Source: an uncultured Acidobacteriota bacterium (GTDB lineage: Bacteria > Acidobacteriota > UBA6911). From it: a stretch of DNA of 64,000 bases. Position 1 is the stretch's first letter. Every line of letters begins with the position of its first letter. The translations under genes were made by a program, and so were the position numbers. Positions 33,953-47,841 of this stretch are shown here, in pieces. The notes under the pieces were generated by a model. The model was not told the DNA's origin. It saw only the letters and a list, made by a program, of their open reading frames with translations, and did no database searches. Where the stretch lies: NCBI GenBank assembly GCA_963809485.1, contig CAWEJX010000012.1:32001-96000 (forward strand), given 5' to 3'.

Positions 33953-35887
33953 CTATTGAACATGCGGATTGTATTGGATTGCGCCGGCTTTTTGATCGCG
34001 GGAATAATGCTTTACGAAATCCCATGCAATCCTGGCATACTCGGGATAGAGCGCGTGAATAAGATGCTCCGTATAGTTTAAAGCGACCATTGGAACTCCG
34101 TCGCCATTGTTTAGATACCAGCAATAGTTATCATACTCATTATTGAGTTTGATCTTCTCCAAACGGTCAGCCTTGAAGCCGTTGACTGGATGCGTCGCGA
34201 AATCAAATGCATCGATCGCCTTCATGCCGTTGTACCCAAGGAAGAGATTGAGCTGGGTTTGGTAACCGACGGCGATGTTTCCATTTGCTTGATCGAAGGC
34301 CCCCGGAAGGTCGAACGATGAAGTTGTGAACATCACCGGCAAATGGGCCTTCCTTAACTGGGCTGCCTGCTCGGCGTTGGCTGTATAGCCGGCGGCAGCC
34401 ATAGGAACCGCTGCGGCAAATACAAAGGGATCGCCATTGACAGCTTTTAGGGTCGCAGCGCCCCCCATCGAGTACCCCGTAACGTAAACGCGAGAAGGAT
34501 CCAAGGACGGATATGTTTTGAGAATGTGCTTCACATACTTAGGCAGAATGTTGCACAGCAGGCCTTGAATGGTTGGATCGTTAGTCCTCGCAAAATTAAG
34601 ATATTGATGCTCCGGCGCGACCATGGCAAAACGCTCGGAGCCTGCCAGATCCAGAAGACCGATTTCATCCACAAACACGCGGGGATCGTCTCCGCCTCCA
34701 TGCATCGCAAGAATCAGCGGTACGGTTCCGGCAGGCGCCGTACCCTTTAAGACCTCGTCCGGAAGATATTCAAACCAGGTCTGCAGGTATTCGCCATCTT
34801 TCGACTTCATGTCACTAAACATTTCTGAGGTTCGGCGGATCACATGGATGCCGTCTCGCGTCGTACCGTTAATCACGGCATTTCTGCGGCATAAGGAATA
34901 GGGAGCTTCGTCGAAATTGTATCCCTGGTATGGAGTGGATGCGGAATACAGACCCTGTTTGATGACGGGGACACGCATCGCCTTTATAAACATATTGTAG
35001 TATGCGTCTTTTATATATCTAGCCGCGTCGGGGTTTCCAGTTTCCTTGGCAACGACGACTTTCCTGAGCGGGAACGCCTGGTTGAAATATGTCTCGATGC
35101 CGCTTGCGTTTATGTAGGCATCGACATCATTCACCTTCTTGTATTTTGCAATAACCGATTCAGGCGCGTTTACCAGATACACGGGAACCAGCGCCGCGAC
35201 ATTGCGGACGTTGTCCATTTTGCCGTTGATCAGCAGCATGCCGGCAATGCGACTGACGTAATCAAATGTTCCCGCAACGTAGTTGTTGAGGAATGTTGCG
35301 CCGCCGTCAATGCCCATGACATAGGTGTAGCCGTATCCGCCGAAGTACTCGGCGTCGGAATAGTACGTCGCCGCATTTCCGCTTCTTTCATAAGCCTTTT
35401 GGGCAAGCATGGCAGTTTGAAGGGCGTAGTAATATTTCTGGTCGTTAGCGGTAAAACCGGCCTTGGAATCCGATGGAGTGACGAGCACAATGCTGCCGAT
35501 TGCCTCATCGAGGATCCTGATCAAATCCAGGCTCTTGAGGTACGCAAGCGCGGCATCCTTGCCTGAGAACGATTTCTCAACGAATAGCAGGATATCGGTG
35601 TTAAGCCTCGCCGCAGCGCGTCCCCCGAATAAATTAGCGGATCGGTAGACATAGGTGGTGCCCTTGGGATAACCATCCAAAACGGGATGGGACTTGAACG
35701 TCTTTCCGTTGTTGGTTTCAAGTTGTGCTACGGCCGCGGGACTGCTTGTGCGGGTCTCTTCCAGGGTCTCGAAAGTGGCAGGATTTCCCTGGCTGCCCGA
35801 ATAATTCAGCGCAAAAGCGCTGAAGGGAGGCGATAAACTTATTGCAAGCGTCAGGACAATTGTCAAAGACAACTTCTTAACGAACAT
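33953..35887 (-). CDS. Exported alpha/beta hydrolase (PHB depolymerase/esterase-like C-terminal domain)
   Basis: Signal peptide; PLILAMHGGG, DPSRVYVTGYSMGG. Confidence 0.8.
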   Translation of the reverse strand: MFVKKLSLTIVLTLAISLSPPFSAFALNYSGSQGNPATFETLEETRTSSPAAVAQLETNNGKTFKSHPVLDGYPKGTTYVYRSANLFGGRAAARLNTDILLFVEKSFSGKDAALAYLKSLDLIRILDEAIGSIVLVTPSDSKAGFTANDQKYYYALQTAMLAQKAYERSGNAATYYSDAEYFGGYGYTYVMGIDGGATFLNNYVAGTFDYVSRIAGMLLINGKMDNVRNVAALVPVYLVNAPESVIAKYKKVNDVDAYINASGIETYFNQAFPLRKVVVAKETGNPDAARYIKDAYYNMFIKAMRVPVIKQGLYSASTPYQGYNFDEAPYSLCRRNAVINGTTRDGIHVIRRTSEMFSDMKSKDGEYLQTWFEYLPDEVLKGTAPAGTVPLILAMHGGGDDPRVFVDEIGLLDLAGSERFAMVAPEHQYLNFARTNDPTIQGLLCNILPKYVKHILKTYPSLDPSRVYVTGYSMGGAATLKAVNGDPFVFAAAVPMAAAGYTANAEQAAQLRKAHLPVMFTTSSFDLPGAFDQANGNIAVGYQTQLNLFLGYNGMKAIDAFDFATHPVNGFKADRLEKIKLNNEYDNYCWYLNNGDGVPMVALNYTEHLIHALYPEYARIAWDFVKHYSRDQKAGAIQYNPHVQ

Positions 35888-36038
35888 AGCCCGATCCTCC
35901 TGATTCCTCAGCAAAGCCCATGCAAGCGATTCATGTCGAAGCTTTGCATCCGCGCCCCCAGCAACCGCAAATTGGGCGTTGGGAAAAAATGCAGCAGACA
36001 ACAACGACCGTGAATGGGAAATGAAGCGGCAAATCCCC

Positions 36039-36974
36039 TTATTTGCAGATTTGTTCGTTCGGCCAGCCCATTGATTTTGATCCGGCGCCAATGACGGCTT
36101 GTATCAAATCCACCTTGCCATTCCTCATCCGGAAAATATGGAAATCCGGCAGGTTTCCCGCAAAATGCACATAGGCGACAACCGTTCCTGCTTCCACATC
36201 TACCAGGAAGCGCCGGAGGCCGTGGTTTGTAATAACCAAGCCCTTCGGGGAACAGTCATGGGCCGTCATCTTAACGCCGCCCATCGTTCCTCCTCCCTTG
36301 GTTGTCTGAAAGCCGTTCTCCCAGCGATCACAAACGCTGGCGAACGGAGTGTGCACCTTGGGATTCTCCGCGAACATATCGTAATAATCATCTGCAGCGG
36401 CAATCATGGCCAGCCGGCTGCTCCGCTGTTCCGCAGGAATGATGCTTTCCCAATCCTGGTCTTTGGTTTCCAGCACCTTTGCGCCATTGAACGCAAATTC
36501 GGTTTCCCGGGCGACAAACGTTTCCATCTCCGTAATCTGTTGATTTTCAACCTTCAGCCGAACTCCATAGAGAATAGGTCGAATGGTGCCATCGGCAGGC
36601 GGTTTCGCCGATAGGCTGGCAAAAGGTGATTTTGAGGCCGGCGCTGGTATCTTGGGGGCTGTGTATTTTTCTTCAATAACGACATTGGAATGCGTGCCGC
36701 ACTTATAGGTGTCGATCAGATCGCGTTTGAGCAAGGTTTTTCCCGCGGTTTTCCAAAATCCTTCTCCTGCGGGCATCTCGACGCCGTTTTCCGTGAATTT
36801 CACCTTGGCAGCAAGCGGAAGACTCGATGGGTTGTGCGCCTCGAGGGCGCTGAAATATTGTCCGATGATTCCCTTAAGGCCGTCGCGTGTGCAGGCCGAT
36901 TGCGCGTAGGCTGAGACGAGAATGCCGCAGGTCATCATTGCTAAAGCTAAAAGGCATTGTGCCAATCGTTTCAT
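36039..36974 (-). CDS. Exported hypothetical protein, possibly two NTF2-like domains
   Basis: Signal peptide AYA-Q; repeated ENG motifs (VKFTENG, CDRWENG). Confidence 0.7.
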   Translation of the reverse strand: MKRLAQCLLALAMMTCGILVSAYAQSACTRDGLKGIIGQYFSALEAHNPSSLPLAAKVKFTENGVEMPAGEGFWKTAGKTLLKRDLIDTYKCGTHSNVVIEEKYTAPKIPAPASKSPFASLSAKPPADGTIRPILYGVRLKVENQQITEMETFVARETEFAFNGAKVLETKDQDWESIIPAEQRSSRLAMIAAADDYYDMFAENPKVHTPFASVCDRWENGFQTTKGGGTMGGVKMTAHDCSPKGLVITNHGLRRFLVDVEAGTVVAYVHFAGNLPDFHIFRMRNGKVDLIQAVIGAGSKSMGWPNEQICK

Positions 36975-37280
36975 TCCGCATTCCCCCCAAAAAAGGTTTT
37001 ATAAAGGGCGGTCGAAGATTGAGCGCTTTTCACAAAAGCCGGCCTTCGTGCAATCTGCTCAATCCAGGGCTGCCTAGGAGCTTTTCCGCACATCATTCTT
37101 GGCTTTCATTATTGCGGAAGCTACTATATCACAGCAGGAGTTTGGCATAAGGCAAGTATTCCCGGTCTATATGCAGGATCCTTACCGCCAGGCAATCCTC
37201 TGTTATCGCGGCAAATTCAGGAGTATGCGGCAAATATTCCTACTTTCCCAGCTCCGCTTTTGGACCTGATAAAATGCGGA

Positions 37281-37521
37281 GTCAGGTACCTCCGGCAAAG
37301 CCGGAGGCTTGAAAGATTTGAACCGCTCAAAGCGGTTGGAGGAGTTACGCCGGTCTTGAACGCTGACTTACGCGGGCAAAAGCCGATGAGGCGCTTCCGA
37401 CCCTCGCCGAACAAGTCGGCGTTTGTCAGCGCTTTTATCAGCGTTTCTCAGCGTTTCAAAATACGGAGCTGTCAAACTCTGTGAGTCCCCCGGCAGAGCC
37501 GGGCGTTTACCAATGTAGTTA
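37281..37521 (+). mobile_element. IS200/IS605-like non-autonomous element, full copy 3
   Basis: CCTCCGGCAAAGCCGGAGG ... CCCCCGGCAGAGCCGGGCG; closely matches copy 2. Confidence 0.7.
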
Positions 37522-37613
37522 TGCCCATGAGGCAGGATTAATGTTTCAAGAGCGCCATAAGTCGGCAATCGGACGGAAACCGATATTCCCCTGTTTTCGG
37601 AATAGGGCAATGA

Positions 37614-38816
<1,203 letters not shown>

Positions 38817-38944
38817 ACACTGCCGGGGCTGTTTCTAAGAAGATTGAAATAACGAATCAAATTGGGATGGCCATTTGGGGATTTGTGCACAAATCCATTT
38901 TCCACCGGATTCAGCGCAGGATACATCCGTAAGGAGAATCAACA

Positions 38945-39535
38945 ATGATAGAAGCCAATAATCGTTATCACGCCATGAAATCAATATTTGGAATGCTGGC
39001 TATTCTGACCGCTCTGGTATTTGTAGCCGCCTGTTCCAAGGCGCCTGCAGCGCCGCCCCCTGAACTGACAGAGCTGGTGGAGCGCGCCGCTATCGAGGAC
39101 CTTTTTAACGATTACTATTCGCAGTTCGGGCCGAACGGCCAACATAACTATATGTCCTACTTTACCGCTAACGGCAGACTCGAGGTCAACGGGCTGGTCG
39201 CGAATGGCCTCGACGAGATCAAAGCCATGTATGTCCAGGCTGGAGCGGGCAGCCAGGCAAAATCGCCGAAAGCTGAAAGCGCTGTGCCGGAGGGGATATC
39301 CGAGATGATGTACACGAATCTGAAGGTTAATAGACAGGGCGATAGAGCTACTGCAACGCTGCTTTGGCATAGCGTCAAGTCTGACCTTTTGACGTCCGCG
39401 CCCAAAATTACCGAATACGGGCGGGAACGCACTGAGCTGGTCAAACAGGATGGGCGCTGGCTCATCAGCAAGCGTGTTATCCTGAGCGAGGGCGGCATGC
39501 CTGAGGGGCTGCTGAAATCCTATCCGAAGCAATAA
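38945..39535 (+). CDS. SnoaL/NTF2-like lipoprotein
   Basis: VAAC lipobox; ERAAIEDL...LVKQDGRWLISKR. Confidence 0.8.
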   Translation: MIEANNRYHAMKSIFGMLAILTALVFVAACSKAPAAPPPELTELVERAAIEDLFNDYYSQFGPNGQHNYMSYFTANGRLEVNGLVANGLDEIKAMYVQAGAGSQAKSPKAESAVPEGISEMMYTNLKVNRQGDRATATLLWHSVKSDLLTSAPKITEYGRERTELVKQDGRWLISKRVILSEGGMPEGLLKSYPKQ

Positions 39536-39650
39536 CCGCATGTCTCACCAGATTTCGTCGCAAGGCGGTACAGACGGGCATGGCTGCGCCGCTTCGCGAA
39601 CCGGCGCGCGAGGAAAGGACTCCCATAATTCGATAAAGGAGTGGATTGTT

Positions 39651-39800
39651 GAGTCAGACTTGAAAGATTGGAGCCGCTCAAAGCGGTTGGAGGAGTTACG
39701 CTGGTCTTGAACGCTGACTTACGCGGGCAAAAGCCGACTCTCGCCGAATAAATCGGCGTTGGTCAGCGCTTTTGTCAGCGTATCTCAGCGTTTCAAAATA
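39651..39800 (+). mobile_element. IS200/IS605-like non-autonomous element, degenerate copy 4
   Basis: Same internal sequence; terminal hairpins lost. Confidence 0.6.
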
Positions 39801-39920
39801 AAGAACCATTAGGAAATGCGAGCTAACCAGGCAGAAGTAACCAAACTGCAGCTGGAAGATATAATAGCCAGATGCCACGAATTTCACGAATCTCGTTCGT
39901 GAAATTCGTGGCTTTTGCTT

Positions 39921-41639
39921 TTAATACCTCTCGTAATTCGGTTTGAGATCCTTGTACTTCGCCACCAGCTTGTCCCAATTCTTCGGCAACTCGATCTTTT
40001 TGGTGACAAGCGCGTTCTCGAAAAATCCCGGTCCCGCACTCCTCAGCAGCGCTATAAACGAGCCCGGCCCGCCGGCAACCAGAATCATGAGGCTTTTGTC
40101 GAGGTCCATTTTCGGTGGACTGGCGGCATTCGTAAGACCGACACTCGATCTGCCGGGGGTGCCGTGTGCCGCCAGGTATTCTCTGACTTTCTGCTTCGTG
40201 TATCCTTCACTCGACAATACCTTGGCCCAGGAAGGTATAAGAATCAGACTGGACATGGTGCTGCTAACCATGCCCGAAAGCGTATCCAGAATCCCCTTTG
40301 CGTCCGTCCCGCCCGGGACCGTCTGTATGAATGTGTTGGGGAAAAACACCGTGACGGTGCTGTCCTCCTTTTTGAAGCCCCGCTCGACGCTGAGAGGCTC
40401 CCAGGGGCTCGCCTCTTCATCCTCCCCGATCACAAGGCTGTACTTGCCCGGGTTACCGATCACCCCCATGTCCTCGATGGCCTTCCTTGCCCCCCCGATG
40501 TTCTTGACGATCAGCCCAACGGCCCGGCCGATGGCGGCATTCGCGATATTTCCCGGACTCAAGGCGCCTGAGCTGCAGTTGACGTGGATGTCGTTTCTTA
40601 TCCGACCGTTGATGGCAAGAAAAGGCGCCCACGAACCCGTGCTCACCTCAAAGGTATCAAACCTGGTTTTCGGATCGGCCAAAGCCTGCACCGTGGCGAT
40701 CAGTACCGGCATGTAGGTGGGAAGCGCACCGGCCATCACCGCATTAATCGCGATCTTTTCGATCGTGGCCTTCCCTTTTCTCGGGATGATCGTGGCCACA
40801 ATATGGTCCGGCGGCAGATCCGTCCCCGTCATCATCTCCGCCACGGCCTCCTCGGTCGGCGGTATGATGGGCAGACCGTCGGTCCATCCCTTGCTGTAGT
40901 AGAACCGGTTTACCTCCTGCAGGCTTCCTTTAAATGCGACTCTCGCAGTCTTGCCCGTTTGCTGCTTCGGAGATTTCTCCTCGGCAGTCAGCGGGCTCGT
41001 TAAGGCCTCGACCACATCCTTCATGGCCGCCGCGACACCCTCTTCAATTTCCGCCTTGACGGTGGATTCACATGCCACCGATTCCCCAACGACTCTGATT
41101 CCGGGCATTCCCTTGCTCGATGCTGCCGATTGAGCATCGGTAACAAATCCATGATTAGCCAGTAGCACGACCGGCTTGCCAAAGTCCTCGATCGCTATCC
41201 CGTTGTAGGCGAGGTACTTTGTGCAGGACCCTCAATCACCGACCACGGCAATGGCCGCGTCCAGCCCTTTAGCCCAGGCCGTGAACTTTTCCTTGTTCTT
41301 CGTCTCGATCTCATTGACGTTCGGCTGGGTCGAATGGAACCTGATTATCTGAACGTCGGGGTGCATGGCCCTTAACCTTGTTTCGATTGATTCCGCGATC
41401 GGCATAGCCGCCCGCTTGGAATTGATGAACAATCCGATTTTCTTTCCCGCCAGGGTATGAATCCTCGGGGAAATCCCCCGGAGCGGGATCGGATCAGCGT
41501 CCGCCCAGGGACTGAGAACTTCAAATTGAGTGGCCGGCGACTTGGCTTTGGAACTCGCAGCCCCTTGGGCCCCGGATACATCCTGGACCGTCAGGACGGC
41601 TAGCATCCCTATGGAAAGCGCCGATAAAATTCTACGCAT
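39921..41639 (-). CDS. UGSC-family selenoprotein with signal peptide, copy B (572 aa, Sec136; TGA at 41232-41234)
   Basis: Continuous frame except for one TGA in VVGD-U-GSC; the codons between TGA and ORF 41168 encode the conserved IEDFGKPVV segment. Confidence 0.92.
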
Positions 41640-41827
41640 AGCAGACTCCTTCTCCTTTCAAAATGGCTTGGTGCCAATGCGATTATATCCGCAAAACACA
41701 CAAAAGACACATCACAGTATATTCGTGTGGCCGGAGGAGTGATTCATACCCTTCCAGAGTCCCTTGCCTATGAGCCCTAATCAGGGGATCGTTCGCGGGA
41801 AACACCCCTGGTTCTATTATTTGCAGC

Positions 41828-43255
<1,428 letters not shown>

Positions 43256-43293
43256 TCAGGACGATGATTTTTGACTAACATCCAAGGCACCGT

Positions 43294-43307
43294 GTTCGTA
43301 TACGTAC
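43294..43307. promoter_or_regulatory. Palindromic operator candidate (GTTCGTATACGTAC)
   Basis: 13/14 match to the palindrome at 62462; between the divergent esterase and marR genes. Confidence 0.6.
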
Positions 43308-43353
43308 ATTATATACGCTCTCGGGCTTTCTATCATTTCATTGCTTGCCATGG

Positions 43354-43480
43354 TAATTACATTGGTAACCCCCCGGCTCTGCCGGGGGACTCAAAGAGTT
43401 TGACAGCTCCGTATTTTGAAACGCTGAGAAACGCTGACAAAAGCGCTGACAAACGCCGATTTGTTCGGCGAGGGTCGGCG
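43354..43480 (-). mobile_element. IS200/IS605-like non-autonomous element, partial copy 5 (inverted)
   Basis: TAATTACATTGGTAACCCCCCGGCTCTGCCGGGGGACTC... is the reverse complement of the ends of copies 2 and 3. Confidence 0.65.
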
Positions 43481-43688
43481 GTATCGGAAGTTGGGATTGT
43501 AGCCGCAGGCGAGACGGGGAGGAGTCTGAGTGCATGGAGGCTTCCATACCTCCCCGGCCCTTATGGGATTTCTGCAACCCGACGATGGTTGATATTTGGC
43601 CTTGCATCCAATAGAATGGCTCACTCTCGAATGATTGCCTCATTTTGCCGGGGATCTGTTAGCTCACTTTGAATGGAGAGGTAATGCA

Positions 43689-44207
43689 TTGGCCAACGCG
43701 AGAAATTTGAAAGCACACAAAATGGAAGATAGGGAATACGATTTGTGGATTCTCATTAGTCGCGTATATCATATGGTAGCCAAGCTCAGGAATATGGAAA
43801 TGAACAAGCAGGGCATTTTGCCCGTTCAAGCCTATATGTTATTTATTATTCAGGCCATGGGCAATGCGACCACCCCGGCGGAACTGTCCCGCTTTGTCTA
43901 CCAACAAAGAAACTCCGTTTCTGATATTCTCAAACGAATGGAAAAGCAAGGCTTGGTAACCAAGGAAAAAGCGTCGAAAGGGAACGGAAGAATTCTGGTC
44001 AAGATAACTGAAAAAGGTAAAAAGGTTCTTCAGCTATCCAAGCAGAGAGAGCACCTTCACAATGTTATGTCTGTTTTGAGCAAGGGAAAAAGAGGACAGC
44101 TCGAGTCGCTGTTGGAGTTGCTGAGGGATAGAGCCATTAAGGAACTTTCGATTTATCAGAAGACTGTGCTTCCACCCTCCCAATTATCCAGATATTATCA
44201 AGAATAG
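43689..44207 (+). CDS. MarR-family transcriptional regulator
   Basis: TPAELSR...SVSDILKRMEKQGLVTK...ITEKG winged helix. Confidence 0.9.
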   Translation: MANARNLKAHKMEDREYDLWILISRVYHMVAKLRNMEMNKQGILPVQAYMLFIIQAMGNATTPAELSRFVYQQRNSVSDILKRMEKQGLVTKEKASKGNGRILVKITEKGKKVLQLSKQREHLHNVMSVLSKGKRGQLESLLELLRDRAIKELSIYQKTVLPPSQLSRYYQE

Positions 44208-44246
44208 ATCGGGTCGAGATGCGATCGCGGATCCAATATTCATGGA

Positions 44247-44693
44247 TTAGGGCTTGGCTTTCGAACCTATTGAATATAGCTGGACCAACTTCGCCGCCTT
44301 GCGCGGGTCACTTTCCAAAAAGACTTTGACCTTTGTTATCTTGATGTCTTTATCAGCGCCAATTTTCAGATTATAGAGGACGTTCATTTTCAGTTCCAAA
44401 AGTACTTCGCCGGTTGCTCTTTCAATAGCCTGTGTCTTGAGCAACGCACCCACCTCTTTCTGCCTCTCATCAACAATGAGGTGCTCAACCAGCAATTTGT
44501 CCTGAATGGCGGGATGAGCAAGGCATCTTTCATACCATTCAGCGCGGCTTTTCACCACATCGTCATCAAACGTAAGGTCTGGCGCATAAAATTTGTCCAT
44601 GACATGCTGAGTCTCAGGAAGCTGGCCATATTGGCTGTACGCCAGGACGTACTCTTCCATGAAACGAACTATGTCGCTGTATAGAGATTCCAT
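44247..44693 (-). CDS. Hypothetical protein, NTF2/SnoaL-like
   Basis: 148-aa last gene of the operon; KFYAPD...HLIVDE pattern. Confidence 0.6.
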   Translation of the reverse strand: MESLYSDIVRFMEEYVLAYSQYGQLPETQHVMDKFYAPDLTFDDDVVKSRAEWYERCLAHPAIQDKLLVEHLIVDERQKEVGALLKTQAIERATGEVLLELKMNVLYNLKIGADKDIKITKVKVFLESDPRKAAKLVQLYSIGSKAKP

Positions 44694-44763
44694 GTTTTCA
44701 CCTCAACTTTTCCTTTGTGGCCGCTGTCGAGGCGACCCTGTCTTCTACTCACTCACGATTATG

Positions 44764-46483
44764 CTATTTAATGGTTGGGCTTTCCCATCCTTTATTTCTT
44801 TCCAACAAGTCTCGCCAATTCCCGGGCAACACGATCGGCTTTGTTACAAAATGGGCCGGGCCATATCCAAAGGTGCTGATATAGCTAATCCCATAAGGCC
44901 CCGCACCTCCCGTAACGCAGATCTTTATACTACCGGGCCCGGCGAGCAAGGGTATCAGGGCATCAGGGCCTGACTTGCAGCGATTCCCTGATACGTTCTG
45001 GCAAGCGACCAAAGGCCGGCATTTCTGCTATATCTCTGCCGTTAAGAAAATCAGAACTCGGTATCTGAATGGCATCATAGAGAGCTTTTTGCAGATCGAG
45101 TCTCGAATATCCTTCTCTGCGGATGCAGTCCAGAGTAGCTCCACAAATGACCACAAGGTTATCCATTCCCCAGTTTCCGGCAAGCCTGTCGTGCTTCACC
45201 TTTCCTTGTTTAGCGATATACTCCACTATCCGTTTTACGGTCGGCGGTTCCGGTTGCACGATATCGGGCTGCCACGACATGGCCGGCATGACGCTGATTG
45301 TGGCCTGATCAAGACCATAGCCTTCTGCCACCCGAAGCGGCTCCCATGCTCCACCCAACGCAGTTTCATTTTCCGCAATCAGAGAAACAGACTTAAACGG
45401 GCTGCCCAGCGTTTTCATATCATTCTTGCCCGGCCAGGTATGTCCCAGATTGGTCATTATTAGTCTTACCGCGCGGGCAATCGTGGCATTCGCTCTCCAT
45501 CCCGGGCTTAGAGTGCCGAAGCTGCAATTGATGTTCAGATCCTGAATCAATCCCGGGCCGCTGACGATTAATAACGGCGCCATATTGCATGAAGTGCATT
45601 GAACCTCCCTGAGGTTGAATGCAGGATCGGTGATAGCTTCAATCGCTGCTATAACAACCGGCATGTAATGAGGAAGACACCCCGCCATGGCAGCATTGAT
45701 TGCAATATCTTTTACTGTGGCCTTTATGCCTCCGGGTTCAACAATCCCGACCACATGGTCCGAAGCGAAGTCAACACCCTCAAGCATTTGGCTCACTGCG
45801 CCCGGCGTGGGCGGCACCAGGGGCAGGCCGTCACTCCAACCGTGCCGGAGAAAATATTTCTCCATGCTTTCGCGCGCTGTTTCGTAATCGCTGCCGCTGA
45901 AGGTCAGAGTTCTTTCGGCCGTTTCGGTTTCCTCCCCGGGCTGCGGCTTCCATTGTGTCAGCGCCCTGATGACCTCATCCGCAGCCTTCTCCCCGAGTCC
46001 CAATTGCTCGATTTCCTCATTTAAGGGCAGAGAGTCCACCGGGACCACGGCGAGAGATATATCCGAGAGACCCTCGCGTCTGGCAATGAATCTGGCGTTA
46101 GCCTCGAACGGCCTCGTCACCATAAAGGCGACAGGTTTGCCCAATTTCTCCAGGTCAACCGCCTCACGTGCGGTCCTCGCCGAGCTGGTTCCCGTAAAAC
46201 CAAGGAGGACGATAATGCCGTCGCTGTACTCGGCGATTTCTTTGGATCTTGCCTCTCTGAGCTCCGGTGCTACGAAGGCGGGCCACTCGCGAAAATCGAT
46301 TCTGCCGACCCGTTTTTTCAATGCACTTTCAAGCTGCGGGAGCAATGCCTCTGCCAAACCCGCCCCGGTTCCGAACTTCAGCACACCGATCTTTTTTCCG
46401 TGCAGGCTTTGCAGACGAGGTGAAGGAGAGACCATGCGGAGAGTTTGAAATTCGCCTCTTGGATTGTATACCGTCAATTCCAC
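44764..46483 (-). CDS. UGSC-family paralogue without Sec/Cys (TGTS in place of UGSC; +1 frameshift near 44985)
   Basis: DGIIVLLGF-TGTS-SART...LEKLGKPVA; GWSDGLPLVPPT, AINAAMAGC. Confidence 0.85.
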
Positions 46484-46586
46484 TTGTGCTGTTTGGCATA
46501 AAAGGCACCCATGCTCATTTGGTATGCAGGATTGATAGGAGCGCTATGAATGGCTGAAACCATATTGCCATCCCGCCATAGTTGCC

Positions 46587-47814
46587 TTATGAGGTCATTG
46601 GACCGAATGCGCCCGCCATCAGGAATCCATCAAATTCGGCTTCTGACATCCCCAAAATCTCAAGGCAAATGTATTCATTGTGTTCGCCCAAAACGGGGGC
46701 CTCCCGAAAAAGCTTTGCGGGAGTCATGGATAATCTGGATGGCTGTCCCAAATAGGAGAACTCTCCCAGTTCTTTGTGATTTCCTCTCCAGAAACATTCT
46801 CTTTCTCTTAGTTGCACTATCGCTGCAAATATCTTTTGCATCTTGCACGACTCCCGCGGCAACTCCCTCCTGCTGCAGCAGAACCATGATATGTTCAGGC
46901 TCGTATTGGGATGTCCATTGCTCCACAAGATGGTTTAGCCTTGCTTCGTGTTTCTTCCTTTCCGGAAGCGTCGAGAATTCAGGGGCTTTTGTCCATTCCG
47001 GATTTCCCATGGCTTTACACATGGATTGCCACTCATCGTCCGTAAAGACAGTGATTGCGCACCAACGGTCCTCGCCTTTGCAGCGAAAGACTCCATGCGG
47101 GGCGGCATATTCGCAGGAGTTGCCGTTGGCTCTTGCCTCCATGCCGCTTGTTGAATAATCAAGCAGAAGCGGGGCTATGAGCTGCAAGCCGGATTCGAAC
47201 TGGGATACATCAATCAACTGACCTTTGCCCGTTTTGTTCCTGTGGTCGAGGGCGCTTATCAGGGCGCTTGCTGCAAAATGGGGGACGCAATAATCCGTAT
47301 AGGCCACCATTGGGGATATCGGTTCTTCGTCCGGAAAGCCTACGAGATTGACGATTCCTCCCAGCCCATTAATGTGGTTTCCCAGGCCGGGCTGAGTCGC
47401 CGAAGGCCCTGTCAGGCCCTGATTGGAGCTTCGAATCATGATGATATCCGGCTTGATCCTGCTCAATTCATCATAGCCCAGGCCCCAGCTTTCCAGCACG
47501 CCGGGCCTGTGGCTGTCAGCCACAACGTCCGCCCAGGCCACCAGTTTTTTTGCGATTTCTTTCGCGACCGCATTTTTTAGATCGAGGCTGATGCTGTATT
47601 TATTGGCTGCAAAATAGCTGAAAAATCCGGCCCGGTTAATGTTTGTTACGCCATCCTTAAAAGGAGCGGAAGTCCGCAGCAGGTCCGGCCTCTCGATGGA
47701 TTCGATGCAGATAACGGTTGCACCGTAATCGGCCAAATATTTAAGGGTCAGCGGACCGGCAATGGCCCACCCGAAATCAATCACATTAATTCCGGCAAAG
47801 ACCTTTGGATCCAA
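46587..47814 (-). CDS. Class III CoA-transferase (CaiB/BaiF), catalytic-type subunit (+1 frameshift near 46815)
   Basis: AGP...LADYGATVI, AYTDY with conserved Asp, APVLGEHN. Confidence 0.9.
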
Positions 47815-47841
47815 GCGAGTTCCTTCCTTTCACCCAAATAT

